Source: Leucoraja ocellata (lineage: Eukaryota). Taken from it: a DNA stretch of 64,000 nt. The translations under genes were made by a program, and so were the position numbers. The notes under the pieces were generated by a model. That model was not told the origin of the DNA, made no database searches, and saw only the letters and a list, made by a program, of their open reading frames with translations. Positions 37,691 through 48,104 of this stretch are shown here, piece after piece (positions within the stretch are counted from its first letter, which is position 1; every line of letters begins with the position of its first letter). The stretch is from the NCBI GenBank assembly GCA_036785375.1, contig JAWMAR010000063.1, positions 4,340,001-4,404,000 of the forward strand. The letters run 5' to 3'.

Positions 37691-40600
37691 GGGGGAAGGC
37701 AGGCACGGGTTATTGATAGAATTGATAGATTCTAGAATTGTTTGGTGCAACATTAGCTTGAGCCATCAAAAGCAATTTTTTTGCATCTCTCATGGAGTTG
37801 ATGATGTTTGTTTTGATGCGTCTCCAACAGGTTGCAGTTCAAAACTTTAGCTTAAGGCTTCAAATGCTGGTGTCAAAACAATTGCAGACTTGCTTCTTCT
37901 CATTTCTGGTGTCATTTCCAACGTGCTTGCAAAATGTCCTTCTGGTCCTCACGTATTTTCAATATTCTTTACAGCTAGTCATACACTGAAGGTTAATTGC
38001 TAGTTTTGGCAATGTTAAATGTTTGTATCCTGTGTAATTCTTTCACTGCCTTCAACTGGCTTAATATCCTCTGACGCAGAAACGATATTTCAGTTGACAG
38101 ACAACACATTGCGTACAGGGTTGTAGATACATGTGTCACTACTGGATCCATCAAAATGCATTGCCTTAAGTTCCTTTCAAATCAGTCAGAATCACATCCT
38201 GCTCACTTGAGAGTGACGAGTCGGCTGTATTTTGTATTCCTCTGTCTCCAAGGAGAACTTGCATGAGGCAAAGGACAATGCTGCCTCCAAGGAGTCCATG
38301 AACTCCAGGGGTTTGCCCTCACATCCATGGGTTTGTTTCAATCCCTTAGTTGTCCCATCCCTTCTAATTCCCATATCCTCATCATGCATGGTCCATATGT
38401 GTCGAGACAATGGAAATCTTCATTGAAACGTTGTAGGCAATTTCTGTATTACAGACGTTTAAAATGCGTAGAACAGGAAAGATTATTGTAATTGCTAATT
38501 GCTATTGCAAAAGGTGGAGGCTTCTCTCTTTGAGATCACACAGGGCACCCCGTTTCTTCTCATACTTTCGTTGATCAAGCTTTTTGATACTGCTCTCGGC
38601 AGCATGAGGTCAAGTTCACATCCCCCACCTCCGCACAGACAGTTGCTGATCTGCTGCCTTGCTACACCGGTTTAAAAATAAACAACTGGAACTGACAAAG
38701 TGGCCTGAGACTTGGGTAGCACATTGTTTTATAAATCATTCAAGTGCCCCTTATATTAATTGGTGTGAGTCTGATCATTTTAGGCTAATGGATCTGTAGC
38801 AGGTAAGTGGCTGGAAGCACTTAGGATACTACAGTCCTATATATTATGAACTAGTGCCGTCCTGCCAGTATTAATATTGGAAATATTTTTAATTTTCCTC
38901 TCTTGTATTGGGGTCCTTAACGCAACAAAGATCTATAAGTAAACTTGCAAATGTAATATAAATGTCGACAAAAACATTGTCCCACACTTCCAATTGTCAA
39001 TATTCTAATATTGATGAATTCATCACCAGTAGCAAGTTGGAACAGATGAAGTGAAGTCTTTAATTACGATTTCAACAAGCAGAAATCATTGACGTGCCAA
39101 GCAACAATGCTATGTCTTTTGTCGGCCATATTTACTGGTACGAAGAACTGATGCGGGGATCACAATGTGCTTTTAACATGTGTCCGTTGATTATAATCCA
39201 TAATGCATGCTGACTTTGTGCTGTCATGATTGCAGTATCCACTCAGTGCTTCAGAAGCTTTTGATTGTACGAATGAATTCCAAGAGTAAGAAATGGCTGA
39301 AAACTTGCATAGAACTGCCCAGTTCTATTCCCTTGAGATTCTGCTTTTAGAGTCATAGAGTTGTACAGAAACAGGCCTTTCAGCCCAGCTTATCCATGCC
39401 GACTAAAATGGTCCATCAAAGCTAGTCTAATTTCTCCAGAGTTGGTCCATATCCCTTGAAACCTTTCCTATCCATTTTACTGAGTTACCGCTCAAAATAC
39501 CTTTGTTCTTTTACATTACTCAATTTTCCATTAATTTGTCAAAACAAAATACTCTAGATTTACAGACACAGTTTGTCAAACCCGTTTTCGTTCACTCTAA
39601 CTGTTTTTATTTCAATATCCCCTTGCAACTTTATCCCTCAGACTTATTCACTATTTGGTGTCAACAATAACAGCGAGTTGGGATGAATGCATCATGTTCA
39701 GGTTAGCAAGCAGTGGGATGTCACAGAAATCAGTGGTGGGGCCTCAATCATTTCATCTCAATGAAGGGACCAAGTGTAATGTTGCTACATTTGCTGGAAT
39801 ATAAATGCATGAGAGATGGCCCCAACAGAGAGAGTATAAAGCATTCTGCAAGCAACATAATCTGCAAGAGGATATTGATGGATGATGTGAGAGGCCAAAA
39901 GTTTGGCAGATGCAGTGTAGTGTGGGAAATTTTAGGTCATTAACTTTGGCAGCAAGAGTGAGAATTAGAATATTGTTTCAGTGGAAATAGACCACAGAAT
40001 GTTGTTGCATATTGGGACGTGTGTATTTTTGTATATTCTTCCTTTCATATTCATTTCTTTGCTACTGGTTTCGACTCCATTTTTATGGGTGCCAGTCTCA
40101 GTCTTTCCGAAATCTTTTAATCATTCGTCCAATATTCTCTTCCTTTGGTTCCTGCATTGAGTTCATCATTGATGTGGACACTGCCTTGATCTGTATCAGG
40201 TGAAACATCATTTATTTGCTACACATGAAGTCTAAATCAACAAACTTTTCTCAAATGTCTGTTGCGACCAGTTCAATAATAACAATGCAAGTTTGAGTCT
40301 AACAGACAAGCTGCACATATTTGATTGAGCATTAGTGACAGAAATATTGCCTTGCGACAGAGCGTGAACTGTAATAAATTTCAAGTACTCATTTTACATT
40401 GTAAATCCTGCCATTTGTTGAAAGCATTGGTAAATACAAATCACTCCAAGAACAGTTACAAAGTGTGGATTGGATAAGAACACTAACAGCTAATATTTTC
40501 ACTACTGGAGTATGTCATACTTATGGACGTGAACTAATTATTTTTCTTCCCCCACCCTCCTAATAGATGGATGCATAGTTATTTTACTTCTGTTTAAATT

Positions 40601-41175
40601 ACTGCTTTCAAACTATCAATCCTCTTTCTCGATCTGGAACAGAGCATACATTTTGATAACATGCCAGTTGCCCTCACAACGGATCCCGAGGATGTGGCTT
40701 TATGCTTCAGTGGATCCTGTTCAGTAGCTACGCATGGAGTATGTTATGCTTTGTTGCCTTCATTTATTTTCAAGTTCAGGGATGACTTTGCAGGATTGTT
40801 TGGGAATCCATCCAGCAAATTGGCTAGAACAAACAAGAGGTGCCCCCTTTGCATAATCAAATATGACTTTAACATATGTTTCGCCTTAAGCAGGCAATTT
40901 TCATAATGTGTAGAGGAAAAATCAAGGAAAAAGCAAGGAATCTATAAATTAATCATATATCCTTCTGCTCCTGAGAGACCAATCTTCTGAACTCCAGATT
41001 CCGGTCATAATCTTGAATGTTAAATTCCTTCGAGTGAATCACCCATTCCATACAGTACCATACAGGACAGCACTCACCCGCTTCATCCAGCTACACCCCT
41101 GCTCTCAGGCCACAATTTTCAGAACCTACCAAGCCTTACAGTCCAAGTAATGGACATAGGACACAGTCCAAAGAA

Positions 41176-41382
41176 GGCCACAGAAGGCTGTGGAGGCCAA
41201 GTCAGTGGATATTTTTAAGGAAGAGATAGATAGATTCTTGATTAGTACATGTGTATGAGAGAGTATGGGAAGAAGGCAGGAGATTGGGATTAGGAGGGAG
41301 AGATAGATCAGCCATGATTGAATGGCGGAGTAGATTTGATGGGCCGAATAGCCTAATTCTACTATTTCTTATGACCTTATGA
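41176..41382 (+). mobile_element. CR1/HER1 3' end
   Basis: GCCACAGAAGGCTGTGGAGGCCAAGTCAGTGGATATTTTTAAGG...CTTATGACCTTATGA. Confidence 0.83.
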
Positions 41383-41889
41383 CCAAACAGAGTATCTATT
41401 CACACCTTCTCCATGTAGCATCATCTTGAATGCAAGGAGGTTAAAATCCAAATTATTTGGCTCATTTTCTGTGTAGCAATCCTGGAATGGTGCAATGTTC
41501 AATATGTGAACTCCCAAATTTACAAAGTTGAGCAAACTTGTTGATACCCCTATTCGCAATCTCATTCGTTGCTGACTTTCCCTCTAAACCTATGACCCAT
41601 ATGACCCATATATATCCCCAACAAAGACCCTCAACTTGTTTCCCCACCCCCGGATCGATTTTGAGTCCATCACAATACTGAGACCTTATTCAACTTCTTC
41701 TCCTTCTACATTTGAGTCAGTGGTGTCCTCCTGCCTCTTATTCCATTTTGCCCTAATCTCACTGGCCGCTTCTTGTCTCTAGATCTCTCTTACCAACATG
41801 ATACGGATTGTTTCCATTTTTCCACCCTGCCCAATCACTCTCACCTACCAGCTAAGGAGCTAGGAGCAGATTGTTCCATCTAAACCTGA

Positions 41890-42062
41890 AATTGTTGCAC
41901 TTTATCTGTTTTATTTATTCATGTGTGTATCTATTTATACAATGGTATATGGACACACTGATCTGTTCCGTCTGTATTCATGCCTTCTATAATTCTGTTG
42001 TGCTGAAGCAAAGCAAGAATTTCATTGTCGCATCTGGGACACATGACAATAAACTGTCTTGA
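41890..42062 (+). mobile_element. Rex1 LINE 3' UTR fragment
   Basis: Closely matches 50494-50660 (GCTGAAGCAAAGCAAGAATTTCATTGTC...CATGACAATAAACT). Confidence 0.82.
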
Positions 42063-42284
42063 ATTTTGAAATACTGGGATACCGATGAATCTCTAGTTTA
42101 GCAAACCACCCCCTACCCTCTGGAGACTAAACACCAACTACCTGACATGTTCTCTGGCTTCATTGGATATCAAATCATTGTGTCTTAGGTTGTTACTGAT
42201 CTCATGAATTTTGCAGCTCTATCGCTTCTCTGTCCCATACTATTGGAATGAGTACTGGTATTGACTAATAATGGTCGTTTGTGG

Positions 42285-42770
42285 CTAGGTACAGTGAAAA
42301 GCATGGTTTGTGTGCTATCCAGTCAAATCATACTATACATTAATGCAATCAAGCCATACACAAGTAGAACACATAGTATCATGCAATAAAATGCCTGCGT
42401 GCAGAATATAGTGTTAGAGCATTATAGCATTACTGTTACAGAATAAAAAGTCTAAGGTCCACAATGTGGCAGGTTGGAAGATCAGGACTACACCCGAGTG
42501 TGTGGGAACACTATTCAGGATCTGGGATGAAGCTGTTCCAAGAAGCTGGTTGTACGTGCTTTCAAGCCTTTGTCCTTTCTGCTTGAAAGGAAAGGGGAGA
42601 AGAGGGAATAACTGGGGTGAAGAAGACAGTGTAAAGGGTACATGAAGTCAATGGTGGGGAGGCTGCCCTGTGTCGTGTACTGGGCTGCATCCACAACTCT
42701 GCAATTTCTTGTGGTCTGAAGCAGAGCTGTTGCCAAACCAAGCTGCGATGCAACCTAATATGCTGAGAGG
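42285..42770 (-). mobile_element. Older Rex1-like 3' fragment
   Basis: Minus translations GCIAAWFGNSSASDHKKLQ and VVDAAQYTTQGSLPTI parallel the Rex1 C-terminus GCIVAWFGNL...RLQKVVNTAQSIIGSDLPTI. Confidence 0.75.
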
Positions 42771-43109
42771 TCTGACCTTAGGTCTATTCCTGCCCTGTGG
42801 CCCAGCACTGGGAAATAGAATAATACACAAATCTTAAGATAATGTCCATTAATTCCAGTCAAAGTCCTTTTTCCCACATTTTCCACCATTGCAAAATGTG
42901 CTAAAGAAATCAGGTGAAGCAGATTTGAGAGTTAGTTAGCAAGCTAGGGTTGAATGTTAGATAGAGAGGGCCATAAGGAAGGTTTGTGGTCAGTGATCGG
43001 TGGGTAGGTGTCAGGGTCAGCAGTTTAAATTAGAAATACAGCATGGAAACAGGCTCTGCGGCCCACCGAGTCTAAACAGACCATTGATCACCCCCAGTTG
43101 GAAATGAGA

Positions 43110-43807
43110 TCAAAGTATCAAAGGTATTTTATTAGTCACATTCACATACACCCAGGTGTAGTGAAGTGAAATGCTTTTTGCATTTTGCAGCACACAAAAA
43201 AAGAATACAGACATAACACCAATAAGAGTCTTAAACACAAAGAACATCCCCCCACAATGGCTCCCACCATGAGGGAAGGCACAAAGTCCAGTCCCCAACC
43301 CCAGTTCACCCATAGTCGGGCCCATTGAGGCCTCCACAGTTGCCTCTGCGGAGGCCCGATGTTCCAGGCCGTTCTCGCCGGGTGATGTTGCTCCGGCATC
43401 GGGAGAGTCATCCCAGTGGCTTGGAAAGCCTGGAACGGCCGCTTCCACACTGGAGGCCGCGGCTTCCGAAGCCAACAAGGCCGCGGCGGTTGGAGCTCCA
43501 CCACTGGCGATCTCATCTAGAGATCCCAGGCTCCCGGTGTAAAGTTCAGCGCCGCCGCCCGCAGCTGGTCGCTCCACAGTCCCGCAGCTCCGCGATGTTT
43601 TACCCGGCGGTCTCAGCTCACCGGAGCTCCAGCGCAGCGACCCGGGCAAGGCATCGCCGGCTCCGCGATAGCGCTGCAGCGCTGTGCCGCCGCCGAAGCC
43701 GAGGTTCTGGGCGGTCCCCGACAGGAAACGCCGCTCCAGGCCCGCTGGTAGGCCGCGAGGACGGGTCGAAGCTGCAGCCCGGAGAAAAGCTGCCTCTCCG
43801 ACCAGGT
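43110..43807 (-). mobile_element. GC/CpG-rich non-coding retroelement with Rex1-like 3' tail
   Basis: Body homologous to 1-580. Minus-strand end GCATTTCACTTCACTACACCTGGGTGTATGTGAATGTGACTAATAAAATACCTTTGATACTTTGAT. Confidence 0.72.
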
Positions 43808-43855
43808 GCTGGCTCGAAGTGATGGTCAGTAGATTGGTTGTGCTGGAATGAGATT

Positions 43856-44150
43856 GACAATAGACAATAGACAATAGGTGCAGGAGTAGAGGCCATTTGG
43901 CCCTTTGAGCCAGCACCGCCATTCAATGTGATCATGGCTGATCATCCCCAATCAGTATCCCGTTCCTGCCTTCTCCACATATCCTCTGACTCCGCTATTT
44001 TTAAGAGCCCAATCTTGGTCTCTCTTGAAAGCATCCAGAGAACTGGCCTCCACCGCCCTCTGAGGCAGAGAATTCCACAGACTCACCACTCTCTGTGAGA
44101 AAAAGTGTTTCCTCGTCTCCGTTCTAAATGGCTTACCCTTTATTTTTAAA
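43856..44150 (-). mobile_element. CR1/HER1 3' fragment
   Basis: (GACAATA)n tail, then AGGTGCAGGAGTAGAGGCCATT..., plus the ORF2 end (CACAGAGAGTGGTGAGTCTGTGGAATTCTCTGCC on the minus strand). Confidence 0.85.
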
Positions 44151-45464
44151 CTTGAAATTAAGAGTGCTCTAGTTTGGGCTACTGATGTTTGTTGGTTTGA
44201 GGTGCTTGTGTAAGAGTCAGGTGCCAGGATGAGTTAGTGAGTAGATTGGGGATGTGACATAGTGTGGATATGGTCAGAAGATCACTGACTGCAATGTGAA
44301 GCAAGCTAACAATTTTCCAGCACACTTTATTTTTTTTAAATAAAATCAAACTAAATAGTGTACAAAACCTCGGCACTTCATAATTCAATTCCTTGCTAAT
44401 GTTATTTCAGTTTCTCTATCCTTATCTCTCTTTCCTTTTCCTCTCCATTTAAAAGTCTAAATACTTTTGCTGGAGGTTAGGGAACCCTTTAGCTGACAGC
44501 AACAACATCCAGATGCAGCCTTTATTGCAAACATCTGATTCAGATACTGAAAACAACGGAATTAGCAAGAAAAAAATTGAGCTTCTACCAGGAGGTCAAC
44601 TTTCCTGCTGCTTGATCACATGGTTCCCTATTCATGTACACTTCTAAAGAAAACGTTATGTTCATGTATAATTGATAGCAAGTTTTCCACAGATGTTAGC
44701 TCAAGAGACACCATTGGGAACCTCTATAAATAGATGATCGGTTGTAGCCAGCAGTGTGATATGATGAATATCCCCATAAGTGAGACGAGCCTGATAAATT
44801 GTGAAGAATGATATCAGAAGAAAGTTATGCTCAATCTCAGGAGTGGAGTTATTTGCCACATCACACTATTAATCTGAATATGTTCTGCTTTTAGGAAGGT
44901 GCTCACTGCTTTGTCATGGGGATCTTTGACAGTTCCTCCCCAAGACCCTATCCCCATTGGGGAGACCACAGGTGCCTGAGGACACCACCACCTGCAGACT
45001 CCCCTCCACCGTGCATGCTCTTCTGACTCAGAGAATCATTACCTTGCCTTTCGCTTTGACGGGTCAGACTTTTAATACTCTCCACCCACTCTGGGAGAAC
45101 CTTCATTATGCACCTAGCAGCTCTTACAAGGAAGTACCTCCACATCACCTTCTCAAGGAGGCAATTAGAGATGAGCAATAACTGTTGTGTACGCTAACGA
45201 TGTCCACAATCTGATACAGGGACAGAAATGATTGTGTACTGGATTTGGGTGATTCTCACAACATGGAAGGAGGCCATTCTGCCCATCAAGTCTATGTCGA
45301 CTGTCAGAGCATTCCCAAACATTATTTCCTTGTAATTCATTCACTCTTATTTGCTCTTCCATCCTCCTCCTACCACCCACCTGTACTGGGCTAACTTACA
45401 GTAGCCATCTATCTAATAATCAAATTAGCATATTTTTGGAATGTGGGAGAAAAACAGATTTAAA

Positions 45465-45630
45465 GTGTATTTTTATATCGGAAATTGAGAGGTTCTTGCT
45501 TAGGAAGGGCATCGTAGGTTATGGGGAGAAGGCAGGAAAATTAGGTTGAGGGGGAAATGTAGCCATGATTGAATGGCTCGATGTGCTAAATGGCCTAATT
45601 CTGCTCCTATGCCCAATGATCTTATGGTCT
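45465..45630 (+). mobile_element. CR1/HER1 3' end
   Basis: GGTTATGGGGAGAAGGCAGG...AGCCATGATTGAATGGC...GGCCTAATTCTGCTCCTAT. Confidence 0.75.
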
Positions 45631-45631
45631 T

Positions 45632-45790
45632 CTGGTTGCCTGTCACCATCCCATTCCCAACATGATCTTTGATCTGTGTCCTTCTGCAATGTTATAATGA
45701 AGGCCAATGCAAGCTTCAGGAACAGTTCCTCATCTCTTGACTGGGCACGTTGCAACCAGCCGGACTCAATATAAAATTCTCCAACTTCCA
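45632..45790 (+). pseudogene. Degenerate PLE GIY-YIG endonuclease C-terminus
   Basis: Manual translation VLLQCYNEGQCKLQEQFLIS*LGTLQPAGLNIKFSNF parallels the intact copy at 47019-47162. Confidence 0.72.
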
Positions 45791-45883
45791 TTCAATGGCT
45801 TTCAATCTAATTTGATGGGTTATAGGTTATAGGCCATTGAATTGAGGTTGGAGAACTGGCCAACTTTAGACAATGCATACCTT

Positions 45884-46112
45884 GTTTAGCTTAGTTTAGA
45901 GATACAACATGCAAGCAGGCCCTTCAGCCCACTGATTCCAAGCCGACCAATGATCACCTGCGCACAAGTTCAATCCAATACACTATTGCAATTTACAGAG
46001 GCCAATTAACCTATAAACCTGCACGTCTTTGGAAAGTAGGAGGAAACCGGAGAGTCCTGAAAAAAACCACGCGGGCACAAGGAGAACGTGCAAACTCCAT
46101 ACAGAGAGCCCA
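45884..46112 (-). mobile_element. 5'-truncated HE1 SINE
   Basis: Tail and V-domain present, tRNA head missing. Confidence 0.75.
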
Positions 46113-46158
46113 CCCCCGTCGCGGTTTTCCTTTCATTGTCATAGCATGTCCCTATAGT

Positions 46159-46560
46159 CATCTCCATGGATTGTCACCTTGTGGTGGTGTAAAAGCTTGT
46201 GTGGTCCTGAGATCCTGAGAGTGATGCCGTCTGGAGCTATGTTCCTGATAGGGCCACCCATGGTGGTAAGGCCAAGGGGGAGGACTCTGACGAATAGCAA
46301 TCCAACCAAGACCTCAATGGTGGAACAGGCGGATGATGGTTACTGACCTTAGGTGGAGCGTCACAACGGCTGGGTAGATGGATGAAGGCTGCGGCAGAAA
46401 AGGGTCTCCGGTCGTATTGGACTCAATGCCATTGGATCCTGACCCAGATCTGTCAAGGACCGTGTGGTGGCTGTCTGTGCACCAGTCTCCCCTCGTTAAA
46501 CAAAGTCACGCACTGGCGTCCTCCAACGCTGGAGCCACCCACGGTCAGCCATAAGAAATA
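46159..46560 (+). mobile_element. RTE-derived ~400-bp non-coding element with HDV-like ribozyme fold (copy A)
   Basis: Homologous to 31385-31772. TGGATTG (46167-46173) pairs with CAATCCA (46298-46304). CGAA at 46291. 3' hairpin GACCGTGTGGTGGCT/AGCCACCCACGGTC. Confidence 0.75.
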
Positions 46561-47018
46561 GGCAATGGTATACGATATTACACAGACTACACAACATTAG
46601 CAACATGTTACGCAGAGGAGCCCTCAAAAGTTCCCCCTGAAAAGTTTCCCGCACAGAAACGTTTCCTTTGTTCCACTTACCTCCCTCACCACCTTCTTTG
46701 CTCTCTATCCAAGCTTATTTCTCCCTTTCTCTGCAGATGGATCCCAAATCTAAAACATTCATTATTTATCTTTTCCCAGATTCTGCCTAACCTGCTGAAA
46801 TTTTCCAGCGTTACACAGAAAAGCTGGAGAAACTCAGCGGGTGCAGCAGCATCTATGGAGCGAAGGAAATAGGCAACGTTTCGGGCCGAAACCCTTCTTC
46901 AGACTGATCGGGGGTGGGGGTGGGTGGGGACAAGAAAGGGAAAAGGAGGAGTAGCCAGAAGGCTGGAGGGTGGGAGGAGACAGCAGGGGAGCTGAGGAAG
47001 GGGAGGAGACAGCAAGGA

Positions 47019-47162
47019 CTAACAGAATTGGGAGAATTCGATGTTCATGCCCCGGGGGTGTAGAGTCCCCAAACGGAATATGAGGTGCTGTTCCTCCAAT
47101 TTCCGGTGCTGCTCGCTGTGGCCATGGAGGAGACCCAGGACAGAGAGGTCGGAGGCGGAGTG
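47019..47162 (-). pseudogene. PLE GIY-YIG endonuclease C-terminal fragment (open, ends at TAG)
   Basis: Manual translation HSASDLSVLGLLHGHSEQHRKLEEQHLIFRLGTLHPRGMNIEFSQFC*, matching the R..E...I..L.T..P.G.N GIY-YIG signature. Confidence 0.85.
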
Positions 47163-47324
47163 GACTCTACACCCCCGGGGCATGAACATCGAATTCTCCC
47201 AATTCTGTTAGTCCTTGCTGTCTCCTCCCCTTCCTCAGCTCCCCTGCTGTCTCCTCCCACCCTCCAGCCTTCTGGCTACTCCTCCTTTTCCCTTTCTTGT
47301 CCCCACCCACCCCCACCCCCGATC

Positions 47325-47358
47325 AGTCTGAAGAAGGGTTTCGGCCCGAAACGTTGCC
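47325..47358 (+). ncRNA. Minimal hammerhead ribozyme motif (mirror copy on the minus strand at ~46872-46905)
   Basis: CTGAAGA (47328-47334), an extra A, stem II GGGT-TTCG-GCCC, GAAA, palindromic stem III AACGTT, and a predicted GUU cleavage triplet. Stem I is very short. Confidence 0.7.
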
Positions 47359-48104
47359 TATTTCCTTCGCTCCATAGATGCTGCTGCACCCGCTGAGTTT
47401 CTCCAGCTTTTCTGTGTAACCTTCGATTCTCCAGCATCTGCAGTTCCCTCTTAAACACGAAATTTTCCAGCATTTGTTTTGTTTTCATTTTGTAGCAAAA
47501 TGCTAGTTTTCTTTTGCAGTTCGACCTGTAAGGATTGTTTTCATAGAACATCATGTAACCGCTGTGGGATGATGGGAATGTTGATGTAGAGCTCAAGGTT
47601 TTCAACAACATATGGATGAATGAGTAAAAGGTGTTAAAATTTATATATTATTGATTTACACATATGAGGATTGGGAATTACTCCATGGGAATCAATTGCA
47701 ATTAACATTATCTCAAGGTTGTAGAGCCAAACAGCGTTAGAATGGAATATTTTCTGAAGAGGACCATGTACATAAGTGCCGATACAAAGTAGCAATTAGA
47801 TAAAATAAGTTTTCATCACAAATAGTAGATACAGTAAAGGATTATCGGCAGCTGCCCTGGTGAAACCATAACTGCTTTCCAGAATTTTAAAGCGTAGAAG
47901 TAACCGATAATTGAAATTGAAGCTGGTGAAAACCACTTAATGCCTATTGTAAAATTGGATATCATCTTTATCTGCCGAAATGCTACACTTATTAAAAATA
48001 ATTTAATTCTGCGACCAGAACCACCACATATCTCGGAGGGTATGAGGAGATGTGGTGAGGACTGTTCAGAGCTGGTCGGAGAGGGGGGGGGGGGGGGGGG
48101 GAGG

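Larger units (their letters stand above)
46810..47458. mobile_element. Young truncated Penelope-like element with perfect 259-bp inverted repeat and 13-bp TSD
   Basis: Arms 46810-47068 and 47162-47420, with no mismatch seen by eye. 93-bp spacer and a 38-nt tail at 47421-47458. TSD GAAATTTTCCAGC at 46797-46809 and 47459-47471. Confidence 0.93.

Noticed and set aside
43110-43922. 270-aa minus-strand ORF (and the 165-aa plus-strand ORF at 43325)
   Set aside because: It runs across a CR1 tail and a GC-rich repeat. Stop codons are scarce because of high GC, and the homologous copy at 1-749 does not keep the frame.
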